From contig CP158635.1 in assembly GCA_050273025.1 (NCBI GenBank), positions 26,102,001 to 26,166,000 of the forward strand: a stretch of DNA of 64,000 nucleotides. The letters are read 5' to 3'. Below are positions 22,764 through 37,600 of this stretch, one piece after another. This DNA comes from Cenococcum geophilum. Taxonomy: Eukaryota. Below the pieces are notes generated by a model, which saw only the letters and a program-made list of their open reading frames with translations, was not told the DNA's origin and did no database searches. The position numbers and the translations under genes are program-made. Numbering within the stretch: the first letter of the stretch is position 1; every line of letters begins with the position of its first letter.

Positions 22764-25700
22764 TGTTACGGCTTAAACAAATGCCTCTAAACTAAAGCTT
22801 AAACGAATGCTGTATTACCAAGATACTAAGCTAAAGAGAAGGAAAAGGGGTCGCTAGGACCGATGTAAACAAATATATAGGGTAAGCCGCTAAGGCGCTA
22901 GCTTTAGGCGGGCTAATCGCAGGTCGGCAGAATATAGCAGAATTTGGCAGGTAACATACAATAGCGCCGTTACATCACCCCCCTCTTTAAAAGAAAGCCT
23001 ACCCTTAGGCTTAGTTAGAAAAAATAGGGTAGTACTAGGCTTATAAACGTAGGATTACAAAAATATAAGATAAGGAGACAAAAGGGGATACGAGTCCATC
23101 CTAACTAAGTACAAAGGGTGATTGTGGGCTAAGTGGAAGCACTAGGCTAGAAAGAGTAGCCGCTAAAAGTCTTAGCACGAATCTGACTAATTAGATAACT
23201 TTAACCGACGGTCAAAGTTCCTAGATATCTGAAATTTTACGGTACTAGCAGAATTTGGCAAAATATGGCAGAATTTAGCAGACAGCTGTATTAGGGCTTT
23301 AAGGCGTTTTTATCCCTATATTCTTCCGGTAACTTATCGTCTTTATTATACTAGCATTCCATCCATTTATCTAGGTACTTTAGGGGTCCAGGCACATTAG
23401 GGTATTAGTTATAAAATTCTTTAAGCTTCTGGGGGCAGCCTATAAAGTTCTATATAGGGTACCAGGTTAGGTCAAAATTATAGCCCTTCCATTAGACACG
23501 GTATTTTAGCGCTCCCTATACTATCTTATAGGCCAGTATTTCGTTAACCTCCTATTTGTTGTCACCATTTACTTAAACTAGTAGGGGAGGCTCGTTCTTT
23601 TATCTAGGCAATAGGTCATTTGCAGCTTTCTGTAACTTATCTAGCGAGAAAATAGGGTAAACCCTAATTAAATCTGGGAGCTTTATCTTATATAAGTTGC
23701 CTATCTTCTTAAGAACCTTATACGGTCCTACCATCTAGTAGTCCAGCTTATGGCTAGGTCATTCAGTCCTCTAATTCCTTATTATAACCCAGACTATATC
23801 GCCAAGGGCAAAATCGGGCTCTTAACGGTGTTTGTTCGCCTGCTATTCCATCGACCTCTAAGCTTTTTCTAGGTTCTCGCGGGCTACCATCCAGGCCTCC
23901 TTTAATTGTTTGGCGTACTGTTAGGCCTCAGCATAGAATAGCTTCTCTTATATAGTCTGGGGTTCTTCTGGCCTTTTCCAGTTAAAGCTTATATGGGGTA
24001 AATATCCCATTTCTAGCTAAATTGGGGCAAACCCTATAGAGTTATAGGGTAAGGTTACTTGCGCGTAATCTATTAAAGGTAGTAATTTAGACCAGTTATC
24101 CTAAAAATAGTTAACAAAGGGCCTAAGCCTTTAGTCTAAGTACTAATTTACAATCTCTGTCTAACTATCTATCTAGGGGTAATAAGCCGTAAAAAGCTTT
24201 AGCTTAATGCCTAAGATTTAGGTAAACTTATTTTAGAAGGCCGATATAAACTGCGGCCTGTAATCGGACACAATAGTATCTAATAGTCCATAGATTCGGT
24301 AGACGTAATAAACATATAGCTAGGCTGCCTCTTTAGCATCAATGTTCTTATAATATGGAATTAAGAACGGGCGTTTACTAAAGCGGTTAACTATAACTAT
24401 AACCATATCGTATCTATTATGGTCCCTAGGTAGTTTATAAAAGTCTATAGAGATATACTGCTAAGGGCGCTCTAGTATTGGGAGTAGCTTAAGTAGTCCT
24501 AGGGTCTTATCCCGTAGGATTATAGCTCTCCAGCAGTCTTTGTAGTTCCATATATATTAATCAATATCCGCAACCATTCTCAGCTAGTAGTAGCGGCAGT
24601 TAATGATTTTACGGGTCTTATTCTTGCTAGGGTATGCCGTAAAGACTTAACAATAAGCTTCGCGGATTAGTTCGGTCCATAGATTATTGATATTAGGGAC
24701 TATAAGCCGCTCCTAGTATAGGAGCAATCCTTCCTCCGTCTTAAAATTAAGGTCTTTTTTTGCGGCTTATTCGCGGAGGGCCCTTAGGGCGTTAGCTATG
24801 CGGTTTGCAGTTAGGAGGTGGTTAATTAGCCCTATTAGCTTATCTAAGGACTCCTCTATTGGTGCTAGCTCGTTTTACTAGAAGTCTAGCTCCTTAAGGA
24901 TCTATAGGTTAAGCTGTTTTAGATAGAGGAGGGCGCGCGTCCGATATTAGGTCTTTAGCTTATCCTAGGGTCCTATATCTTATTCTCTTTGGGTTAGGGT
25001 ATTAGCCTTAGAGTTTTACTTACCAGAACGATATATAATCGTAAAGAAGAATTAGGAGAGTATTTCGGCTCACTAGGCTTATCGCCCCATAAGCTGCTTT
25101 ATAGTCATGAAGTACTCTAGGGCTTTATGATCTATATATATCTTAATCCGGGAGTTCGTACCTTCGAGCTCTACGCGCTATTAGGAGAGTAATTAAATAA
25201 TAGCTAGCATTTCTTTGTCGTATACTTTATAGTTACACTTAGCTAGGTTTATTATCTTTAAGAAGAAAGCTATAGGGTACTATTCGCCGTCTAGATATAA
25301 CTATAATAGGATTCCCACTACGACCCTATTAGAGGCGTCTGTTTCTAGCATTAATTTAAGGTCTAGGTTATAGTGATAAAGGATTAAGGAAGAGATAAGC
25401 TAATTTTTTACCTCTTTAAAGGCCTCTATATAGCTATCGTTAAAGATAAAAGGCGTATCCTTCTTAGTTAGTTATATAAGAGGTTTTACTACAATTCCGT
25501 AGTCATAGATAAACTGGCGGTAGAAATTATAAAAACCAAGGAAGGACTAGATTCCTTTTACTATGTAAAAGGGCTTCTAGTTACGGATTACCTCTACCTT
25601 CTTAGGGTTAACCTTAATTCCTTCTATAGTTATAATAAACCCGAGGTATTTTATATGTTTTACCCCAAACTCGCATTTCTTAATATTAACTTATAAGCCC

Positions 25701-28700
25701 GTATTCTATAGTCTCTCTAGGACCTTCTTAATATAAACTTAATACTTAAGTTTATCGTCTAAGTATATAAGAATGTCGTCTAGGTATACCGTACAGAATT
25801 CGTTAAGGTAATTAAAAAGAACGTTATTTATATACCTTTAGTACGTAGCCAGTCCGTTTATTAGTCTAAAAGAAAGAACTTTATATTTATAGAAACCATA
25901 GCGGGTACGGAACGTTATTAAATCTTTAGATGTAGGGTCTATCCTAATTTAGTGGAAAGCTTAGCGGATATTAAGTTTAGTAAAGATCTTTGCCTAGCTT
26001 AGACGTATAAGGGTCTTATTAATTAAAGGAATAGGATACCGGTCCTTTTAAGTAATAGTGTTTAGCTTCTAATAGTCAATATAAAAATAAAGGCCTCTAT
26101 TAGGCTTTTTTATGAACAGAATAGGGGAAGTAAAAGGGGCTTAACTTAACTCAATAAACCCTTTATCCAGGTTGTTAATTAAGTACTACTTTATTACTTT
26201 TAGCTTATCCGTTAATTAATAGTAGAGGGGGCTATAGCCTAGCGAGTTATAGGCCTTTAATTAAATCTTATAATTGTATGTCTGGTAGGGGGGTAACTTA
26301 TCTAAGGCCGCCTTTAAGAATGTATCCTTATAGCCTATATAAATGGTAGAAAGAAGGCGTTTAACTAGTTCCTTATTAGTTTCCTCATCTAGCCTTTCCT
26401 CTCTATTATTAATAATTCGGTTAATCTCATATAGGCTCGTTATAAAGACCTTATTGTCCTTCCGGTATATATTAAAGTGGAACGCTATAGCGCTAATTAC
26501 GGCAATGTTTACAGTAGGGGGGTTAACTAATAATAGGGGCGTATATAACTTTAGGGACTTCTAGGGTACTAGCGTTATTATTACTCCTTTTAGCTCCTAT
26601 TACATCTTTTAAAGGTCATCCCTTATATCCTATTAATACGTTCTTTTCTATAACGGTTAGATCTATACGATTTAAATATTATCTACGTCATTATCTATCC
26701 CGCTTCCGTACGTAGAGTCCTCTTTAAATGTAGCGCTTTAGGAGAGTATCTTTATTAGTACAGAGTTCTTTCTAGCTTCGCGGCGGGCGTCCTCTTAAGT
26801 AAAGGCTAGGTCACAGGCCCGGACATCCTACTAGTAGGTAGGGTTAGCCCTTGCGGCTAGTGTCTTGCGGTTAGTTTGGATCTCCCTAATAAAGGAGGGC
26901 AACCTTAGTCTATCCTCCAGCCAGACAAACCATCTTTTTTGCATGTTCAACCAAATATTAAAATAGAACATCCATTTTCGTCTGAGGATTATATCGTGGG
27001 ACCCTAGGTCTAGGATATAAAAGGGGATACCGTATTGGCGTCGTCCATTAAAAGTAATATGCAACTTTAAGACGTAGGTAATGGGCCAACCAGCTTGGCC
27101 GTTATAGCCCTTTACCTAGATAGGCTTCTCTAGTTAAATAGCTTCTGTATTTAGAAACTTAGCAATATTATTTATATAGGCAGTATTTATAAAGGCAAAG
27201 CCATTTACTCTAGTGTTAATAAGGGTGGTTATATTAACTCTATATCCATTTTAAGATACTGTATATAGAACCATAAAATGCTTTCCACCTATTAACTAAC
27301 TAAGATTAATCTTTTTAAGATTAATAGGGTACCCTAGGGGGGAGTCTTTCCCTAGGGTTCTTCTTTTCCTAACTTATTGGACGTTTCTCCTTCCTTTATC
27401 TCCTTAATATTGCCTATATTCTTTAGCTCCGGGTAGGATAAGGCAAAGTGACCTTACTTATTATAGTTAAAGCACATAGCCGAGGTAGGGTTGATTAGAG
27501 TATTACGGCGAATACTAGTTAATGGCGTAGTATATGGCTAATTGGGCGAGGCTCACTAGTGCGTAGCTGTAACCGCCTTTAGTATAAGAGTAGTCGTAAC
27601 TTATCTTTCTACTCTAGCTCCTATAGGTATAGCTAGCGAGTTCCAATCGTTATGGAGTCGCTTCTGCCGATTAGGGCGGGCGTTAATCCGCTTTAGTTCT
27701 AAGTCTAATAATAGGCAACGAGCTATAAGTCTTTTGTAGGTTAGTAGGTTATTTAAGGTTACAGCGATCTTTTCTTATAGCTGGATTGTTAGCTTATTAT
27801 ACAGGTCTAATCAGTAGTTCTTAAGGGGAACCTAGCCTTCTCCTATAAGGTATAGGAATTAAGTCTAGAATTCGGCAAAGGGTTAGTTCGGTTTTATTAT
27901 TAGGTAATTATAGTTATAACAGGCATCCTATACTTTATTTGGGTTAATATAGATAGCCGCTAGGTGCCGTATTATCTTATTAATAGATATAAATCGGACA
28001 GGGGAGTCGTCCTTAAACTTGGCTTAAAGGTGCCGTTGGGCGTCCCTAGTGGTTTAACTAAAGAGGTAGAGCATTTTAGCTTCTTTAGAAAGGAAATAGT
28101 TGTAATTAACGCGGAGCTTTCCTTATACTTAAATCCTCTAATTCTTAAAGGTAGGGTCTATCCCGTTAGACAGTAGTAGGGGGTTAGGGAGCTTAACGGA
28201 CTTTAATTACTTCGTTATTATATCCATACTCCCTAGTATATCGCATTTAGTAGAGTAAATAGGTCAACTAGGGCTTTAAGAAGGGGAAGCCGGGCTATTT
28301 TATAGGGCTGTAAGGCTTTCTAAGATCTCTTATAGGGTCTCTTATATATTTCTTACTTCAAGACAATTGGCTTCCTGGCTAGCTGCAAGGGCGCGAATCT
28401 GCTCGCGTATATCTACGACATCATTATTATCTTCAATTTCTAATCCTAATTGGATCTCAGGTTCCTCTCGGGTAGAGGCAGCTCTCTTAGATAAGCTTAC
28501 TTTAGGTGCCATCATTGACTTCCTAAGGTTCGTCAGTATCGTACGCTTTAGTTTTGATTCCAGGGGTACAGGTCCAGTCCTTTCTAGCTTATAAGGTAGG
28601 ATATTATCTAGGCCTTCCCAGGCAATATAAAGTTGTTTTAGTGTCTAAGTATAGCGTGTTAATGCGTTGTTACAGACAAAGTTTCTTTAGGGTGGGATAT

Positions 28701-28953
28701 TATTAAGGCCTTCCTAGGTAAGGTAGGGAGAGCTTAGTATAATATTACGGCTTAAATAAATACCTCTAAACCGAAGCTTGAACGAATGCTATATTACCAA
28801 AATACTAAGCTAAAAAGAAGGAAAAGGGGTCGCTAGGACCAATATAAATAAATATATAGGGTGAGCCGCCAAGGCGCTAGCTTTAGGCGGGCCAATCACA
28901 AGTCGGCAGAATATGGCAGAATTTAGCAGGTAACGTACGATAGCGCCGTTACA
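22764..28953 (-). mobile_element. Ty3/Gypsy chromovirus family D (related to B), full length, RIP-inactivated
   Basis: 211-bp LTRs (22764-22974, 28743-28953), TSD GCAAC. Minus-strand PPT at 22978-22987; RT YLDD on minus near 25780; chromodomain near 23440-23560. Confidence 0.95.
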
Positions 28954-31900
28954 GCAACGAACTTTAGCAATTAAATACACTATATAGTTCCAGACATTAG
29001 CTACGCAAGTTAAGTGGAATAATAAGGCGCTTATGGCATAGTATAAATAAGGACTTAAGGCTAAAGTCTAGAATATAATTATCCTAATAGAAGATACAGA
29101 TACCCTATAGGAATTAATAGATTAAGTAATTAAGATTAACAATTGGATCTACTAAAGGGAATAGGCTAAAAGAGGCTAGGATAGAGTTCTATAGTTATAT
29201 AAGGCGCAGAGTACGTAATAACTAAAGCTAAGTTAGAAATTATAATATAATACAGAACTAATAGACCTAAGTAGTACTAAAGAAGCCTATAAGAAATGGA
29301 GTAAGAAACTATAAAAACCTAGAGGTTAAGGATCTAGTAATTATAGGACTAGGGAATAGAGGCTAAACCAGGGATCTTAGTAGCAGAAGATGTTTAGGCG
29401 GACTCTATAGTAAAGTTAATGGTTTAAAGATAGAGCTTATATAAATTGCGGAAAACAAGGTTATTTTATAAGGGATTATAAAAATAGTTAGAGTTACTAT
29501 ATAATAAAGGGAACTAGACTAATAGTAGAAGACACACACGTATAGAGGGATAATAGTGTACTACAAGGAACAAAAGAGTGTTTAATTAGAAGTTTCGCGT
29601 TTTGTTATAACAATATATACTAAATTTATAAAGACGCTAAGTATAGCGTAAGCTATTAGCTATAGGAGTTAAAATCCTTAGAATATAGGGGAACCAATAA
29701 ACTAGTTTATAGATTAGATATTAAGGATAATAAATTTAATATAGGCGAAATATTTTATAATAATAAGGTAATAAAAGTAGCTTACTAGGAGTATACGGAC
29801 CTTAAAGATGTTATATAAGAGGTAGAGGATAATTCTACTATAGAATAGGGAATATTAGTAGGGATTAAAACCCCACTAAATATGATATTTATCGCTTTAT
29901 AAGATATAAGAGAAATAGGATAACGAACCACTTCGGCACTTAATAAAGGCAAAAGGCTAAAGGCTTAAGATTCTTAAAACGAGATAAGAGACGACTAAGA
30001 TTCTTAAGATAAGATAAGGTAAGCTTAAGGACCTATAACGGATAATAACCGATAGAGTAGAGTAATAGCTTAGTTTAAAGATATACAAATAATCTTAGGA
30101 TAGAGTTTTCTATAGGCATAAGATTCTTAAGACAAGATAAGTAAGATTTAAGACTCTTAAGATAAGATAAGAACACCTAAGCCTAGTTAGACTAAGGTAG
30201 GAGCAAAGCTTAAGATAAAAGCTAGCTTAGGATTAAGAATCCTATAGAACTAAGATTTTAAGACACAAATAAGGACTATTAACGAGATTAAAAAGTAAGA
30301 TAACTTTAAGGATCCACTTATAAGACGGGAAAAGAAAGAAACTATAGAGGAATTTAGAGTAAGAATAACCTTATAGCAAGATTAGAAACTAGATAAGAGA
30401 TTTAGTATACTAGGTCGTATAAGGGACAGAGCACCTATATAAAGGATCACTAATAGGCCTAGAGTAGGCATACTAAGAGCTAAGTGGCTTATTAAACTAG
30501 AATAAGAAGAGGATCTAGGGATTCTAATTAGGTTTAAGGAACGATATATAAAGGGCTGTTATAACGCAGTAATAAGAAAATACTTCCTTACGAATAAACC
30601 GTATACACTCTAGTAGCTATACTAAAGGTAGTATAGGCAAAGGTATAACGATAAGTAGGAAGATTTCTATATATAGTTAGATAAGAAAGTTATCTAAGAC
30701 CACCCAATTATAGAAAAGGCTATAAGTTATATTAAAGGAGCCTTAATTATAATATTAAAAGATTTAAAGAAGTAATTAGAGGACTAGAGGAGCGAGAGGC
30801 AAATTTTAGTACCTACAAATAAAGTTATAACGCTTAGATTAACACAAGAGAGGTTTAAACTTAAGGATAAAGACAAGCTAAGAGTTAACCTAAGACACTA
30901 AGCATATTACACATTAGCATAAATTATATACGTGGATAATGCGTATAATATATATAGAGCACCTAAGGATAAAAACCAAAAGTACTTAATAAGGATATAT
31001 TAGGCACCGGATAAGGCGAAATATTAAAACGCTAGGTATATATATAGTTAGCACCTAGCAAAAGTATAAAGCTAAGGGGACTTAACACTTTAACTAGGAA
31101 GATTCCTTATAGAAAAATGCCTAGATGGATAATAGTAGTGGGAATGCCTAAAGAACACGTATCTATAGTATATTAAAGACAAAAAGCGAACTAAGTATTA
31201 GCTAAAGGTGGACTAAGTATAAACAAGATTAAGTAGCTAACAGTTAGGAAAAGTAAAGGCCTATAAAACTAGAGGGAACCAGTAATAAAGCCTTAGACCC
31301 TTAAAGAAATTTAAGAATAACACCTAAATTTACGAGTTAAGTGGTAAGATTAATAGTTTAAAGCATTAATAGATAGTAGAGTAATAAGAAACCATATCTT
31401 ACTAGTAGTAGTTAAAAGAATGGGGTTACTATATAGGAAAAAGGAGCACTTTTATCTATTAGTGATGATTTTAGGAGATCTAATAGCCTATAGAGGAGGT
31501 ATTATTAATATTAAAACAGGACCTATTTAGTTAACCATTAAAGGGAGATAAATTAAGATGTTTTTTAATATATTACTATTAGGGAATAATAAGGTAGTAC
31601 TAGGAATGCCTTAGTTATAGGAATATAATCTAAAGATTAATTAGATTATAGGTTAGGTCGATATTAAAGATACTTAACGCTATAAGATATAATAATAAGC
31701 TAAGTTAGTATAGTATTAAGTTAGAGCGATATATAAGGAGACTAAGCGAGGCTTAAGTTATATACTAAAGAGATACTATAAGTACGGTAAGAAACTATAG
31801 TTACCGGAAAGTAAGAAGCTATTAGAGTATATAGTATAGGACTATAAGATAGAGTTAGAGCTAGGAATAAGTCTAAGGTTTTTTCTAACCTATAAGCTTA

Positions 31901-34658
31901 CTAAAAAAGAAGGTAGAGCGTTAAAAGAGTTTATCTAAGAAAACCTATAAAAGGGATATATTAGACCATCGCAGTTATTAGCAGGTTATCCAGTACTATT
32001 CGTACTAAAGAAAAATGGCAAACTAAGGCTGTATATTAACTATAGATAGTTAAACAGCATTACTAAAAAGGATAGGTATTCTTTACCCTTAATTAGCGAA
32101 ATTTAAGATAGGATAAGCAACGCGCAAATCTTTACAAAGATAGATTTAAGATAGGCGTACTATTAGATTCGGATTAAGGAAGGCAATAAATAAAAGGCAG
32201 CCTTTAGGTTAAAGGAAGGACTATATAAACCATTAGTTATATAATTCGGGCTTATAAACGCACTAGCAATATTCTAAAAGCGCATTAATAATATATTAAG
32301 AGAATACTTAAATGAATTTATTATAGTATACCTTAACGATATTATTATCTACTTAATAACTAAGGAAGAATATAGGGAACACGTTAAATGGGTTTTAAAG
32401 AGACTATAAGAAAAACAGATGCTAGTAGTAATTAAGAAATGCGAGTTCTTTACTAGGAAGACTAATTTCGTTAAATTTATTATTAAACTAGGCTAACTTA
32501 GTATAGATCTAAAGAAGATTAAGGCTATAGTAAATTGGTAGGAACTAGAGAACGTTATATAGTTAAGATCGTTTTTAGGGTTTTATAATTACTGCAAAAG
32601 GTTTATAGTATAATGGTTAAAAGATATTAAACCATTTATGCGGTTAATAAAGAAAGAAGAACTATAGGTATGGGGAGAGGAATAGTAGAAATTGTTTAAA
32701 GAAGTTAAAAGATTATTTACCTAAGAGCTAGTACTTAAGATCTATTAACTAGGACTAGAGACGGTTATAAAGACAAATGCATTAGACTTTATACTAGGGG
32801 CGTACTTTATATAAAAATATTAAAATAGATGGCACCTAGTAGCATACTATAGTCGGAAGATAACACTACTAAAGTTAAACTATAACATCTATAATAAGGA
32901 GTTATTAGGTATAGTTACAGTATTAAAGGAATAAAAAGCATTCTTATAAGGTATAGAGAAACTATTTATAGTTAAGATAAACCATAAAAACTTAATAGGA
33001 TTTCTAACAACGAAGGAACTTAACTAAAGATAGGTTAGATAGGTAGAGATGCTTATAGAATACTATTTTAAGATTTAGTATACTAAGGGTACAGACAATA
33101 TACAAGCAGACGCTCTAAGTAAAAAGGCTAAATTATAAAATAATAAAAAGCCATTAGGGGCTTTATTACAAAAAGATATAGATAGATTAATTAGATACAA
33201 TTATCCAAAAAGTATAGTAACTTAAAAAGATAACGGACTAGAAAGAGTCTATAAGACATTAGAAAGCTTTTAGGTATAAAGGATCTTTAAAGTATAACTA
33301 AAAGAACAGTTAAAACATCTAGAAAAAAGGACACTATATGAGTACAGAGAAGTAAAGTATATCCTAAGAAGCATAGCAGATGTCACGGCACTGACTTGCC
33401 ATATACTGTTCCATACTGTCTTATACTATTTCCTACCGTTAGCTAGCCCACCACTAGCGCCTCGGCGGCTGGCCCTACTATTCGTGTACAATACCCCTTT
33501 TTACCTTCTTCTCCTCTTCATACCACAACGTAGTTATTTGGTCTACTTTATTGCAGCACTATAACAGTTTATAGTATCTCTAATTGCGCCCTATCGCGAT
33601 CTCTACTCTTCCCAATCCACTATCTCCGTTTTCCTAGTATAATTGTAACCCGGCGCGACCAATAACACTATACCACAGTCCTAGACAATCTTAGTATAAT
33701 CCCAGATAATCTTAGTATCACAGCCAGCCTTATAGATTTTAATTACTCTACCTAGACCCTTTAGAATGGGCGACTATAACATAGATAATACCCCGTTAGC
33801 GAACACACGTAAAGCACTCGCCTGCCTCTTTAATACCTCCTATAACCACATTGCCTAGATAATTAGAAGTAGTCTGGAGTACCCTAAGGACCTTAACATA
33901 GCAGGAACCTTCTAGCACCTCTCCATATATACAACCTTCTTAACTAGCGTCGAGAGTGGCCTCTAAGCCGTCTACGACGAAGGTTAAACCGCAAAGTCCT
34001 AACTTAAAGAAGCCCAGCATAGGATTAACTCCCTTACAACGCTTAAACTATGTCTATAACAATACGAACAGCAAGCCTTAATATACACTACGACTATATA
34101 AAACCTAAGCTCTTAGATTACTATACTTACCTAGACCATCGCCGATAAGAATATAGCTGCTAGCTCCTATTCTCTTGCCAAGCCCTATAGGAAAAAGCGT
34201 AAAGCAAAAGATCTAACCCCGTTTAATAGTAAGGGATCACCAACTAAAAAGCAAGAAAAATTCAAAATATGGGAAACGAAGGTCTAAGGCGTTTTCCGGA
34301 GGGATATAAAGTGCTTTAAAACCCTAATAGACGAAGTCCTCTATATGTTAGATATGCTGATAGATAAGGCTTATAACTATATTAAGTATGGCCTTAATAC
34401 GCTACGTATACACCCAAGCGACCTAAGTAAATGGATTTTCTCCGACTAAGAGTCTATGCTTATATATATAAGGAAGTACTATAAGACTATAGACATAACC
34501 TAAGCAGCTAAAAATAAGTTGGATACCCTAAACTAGGGCAAGCGTAACTACTAGTTCTAGAAGGCAGAGCTTAATAAATTAATAATTAAAGCAAATAAGA
34601 CTAAGGAATAAAAAGTGGATTTGCTTAAGAAGAACATTTCCTTAAAGATAAAGGACCT

Positions 34659-37600
34659 TGTTACAGACGCTTTAAGTACGATGTTATAACTACTTGGAGA
34701 AGAGACGGAAGAAGCTAGTTGGTTAATTTAGGCACGGTTTAGGATGGAGCTAATAGAACTATGTGATGAGGAATGGTAACCAAGGTTATATGATGTACTA
34801 CGTATTAAATGAGAGGAATAAGAGGAACTTACGTACCTTACGTATAAGACGTACATTACGTATAAGAAGGATTTTATAGGAGTACGGTTGTGTATTTAAG
34901 GACCCTTAGTTCCTACCTAGATAGTTCCTTCCTTGTAGTGATTCTCAGAATATAATTGGAGTTAATCTATTAGGCAACCACTTTACTAGTTATTATTACG
35001 TTGTTGACTTTTGTACTTACATTTCCTATATACCTAGCCTATTAACGAGCCTATTGTAGTTCTTGCTATAAGGTTCCGTTATATAATTACTACCCGGTTA
35101 CGGTATTAATATAAGAAGTCAAATAACATGCCACTAAAAGCAGCTACTATGATGCTATTAATGGCAGCAACTACTTTAGGGATAGGAGGTGACACTAGTA
35201 TGGCGGATACTAACTTATAGCAACCTGTGACGGTCGGATAGCTATAGGAAATAGTTAACTAGCTAATAGCTAATAATATAGTGTTGGAAGAAAGACTTAA
35301 CGGGATAGGAGCAGTAAAGATTAAGCTATTATTAATTGAGAGATTTATAGGAGAGAGGTTAAAGCTTAAAGGATTCCTTATATAGATGCATTTTAAGGTC
35401 TTATAGGAGGGAGTAAAGTTACCTATATCCGTGGATCGGATAGCCTATATAGGACTATTCTTGTTAGGAAAAGCACTTAAGTGGTTTAAACTTTACTTTA
35501 CGGAGATATAGGTAAACGGAATGATGACCACTAACTAAGACGTGCGATTTATATTCTTAAGTTAGGAAGGATTTATAGAATGACTAATATAGATGTTTAG
35601 AGACCCGGAAGAAATAACTATAGTAAAAAAAAAACTCTAGAACCTTATATAACAAACTTTAGTAATTAAGTATATAATATAGTTCCAGATACTAGCAATA
35701 TAAGTAAAGTGGAATAATAGGGCGCTTATAGCATAGTATAAATAGGGACTTAAGGCTAAAGTCTAGGACGTGATTATCCTAATGGAAGATATAGATACCC
35801 TAAGGGAACTAATAGATTAGGTGATTAAGATTGATAATTAGATCTATTAAAGGGAATAGGCTAAGAGAGGCTAAGATAGAGTTTTATAGTTGTATAAGGC
35901 GTAGAGTACGTAATGATAAAAGCTAAGTTAGAAATTATAGTATGGCGCAGAGCTAATGGACCTAAGTAGTACTAAAGAAGCTTATAAGAGATAGAGCAAA
36001 CTATAGAAACCTAGAGGATAAGGATTAAGTAATTAAAGGTCTAAGGAGCAGAGGCTGAATTAGGGATTTTAATAGCAGAAGACATTTAGGCGGACTCTAT
36101 AATAAGAAAAATGGTTTAAAAAAGGAGCTTATATAAATTGCGGAAAATAGGGTTATTATATTAGAGACTGTAGAAGTAGGCAGAGTTACTATATAGTAAA
36201 AGGTATAAGACTAGTAGACGATATATATGTATAAAGAGATAATAATATACTGCGAGGAACAAAAGAGTGTTTAATTAGAAGTTTTGCGTTTTATTATAAC
36301 AACGTATGCTAAATTTATAAAGACGCTAAGTATAGTATAAGCTATTGGCTATAAGAGCTAGTACCTATAGGATGTAGAGGAACTAATAAACTAGTTCGCA
36401 GATTGGATATTAAGGATAATAAATTCGACCTAGGCGAAACATTCCGTGATAATAAGGTAATAAGGGCCGCTTACTAGGAGTAAGTAGACCTTGGAGATGT
36501 TATACTAGAGGTAGAGGATAATTCTATTATAGAATAAGGAACATTAGTAGGGATTAAAACCCTACTAGATATAATATCTATCGCTTCGCAAGACGTAAGA
36601 GAAGTAGGATAGTGAACTACTTCGGCACTTAATAAAGGTAAAAGGCTAAAGGCTTAAGATTCTTATAGCGAGATAAGAGATGACTAAGATTCTTAAGACG
36701 AGATAAGGTAAGCTTAAGGACCTATAATAGACGATAACTGATAGAGTAGAGCAGTAGCTTAGTTTAAAAATATACAAATAAGCTTGGGATAAGAATTCCT
36801 AATAGTATAAGATTTTTAAGATGAGATAAGTAAGATCTAGGACTCTTAAGACGAGATGAGGATACTAGTTAAGCCTAGTTAGACTAAGGTAGGAGCTAAG
36901 CTTAGGTTAGAAGTAAGCTTGGGATTAAAGAACCTAAGAGGTTAAGAATTTGGAGTATGAATTAGGACACCTATAGATAAGAGGTAAGAAGCTTCTTTAT
37001 AGATTAGAGAATCTATGGTATAAATAGTAATTAGACTAAAAGACGAATATATAAACCTAGAGGATTTACTAGTTAAACGAAGTGTTTAGACTAAAGATTA
37101 AAAAATTAATACTAGGATTAAGAAGTAAGATAACTTTAAGGATTAGAGCGCAAGGCGCAAACTAAAAGAAACTATAGAAGAATTTAGATAAAGAATTATC
37201 GCGTGGTAAGAACAGAAACTAAATAAAAGATCTAGCATATTAGGACGTATAAAGGATAGAGCACTAGTATAAAGAATTACTAATAGGCTAAGAGTAGGCA
37301 CACTAAGAGCTAAGTGGCTTACTAAACTGGAATAAGAAGAGGATCTAGGGATTCCTACTAGGTTTAAGGAACGATATACTAAAGGCTATTATAACGTAGT
37401 AATAAAGAGATATTTCCTTACGGACAGACCGTATATACTCTAGCAGCTGTACTAAAAGTGGTATAGGTAAAGGCATAATAATAAGTAGAAAGATTTCTAT
37501 ATATAGTTAGATGAAAAAGTTATCTAGGACTACCTAATTATAGAGAAGGCCATAACGCATATTAGAGGAGCCTTAATTATAATGTTAAAGGATCTAAAGG

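Noticed and set aside
23160..23225. Hammerhead ribozyme in the shared 3'-UTR element
   Set aside because: No CUGANGA plus GAAA core on either strand, even allowing RIP transitions.
29960..30170. CRISPR-like spaced repeats (GATTCTYAAGACRAGAT)
   Set aside because: Eukaryotic context, irregular spacing, and in-frame peptide repeats within family-A Gag.
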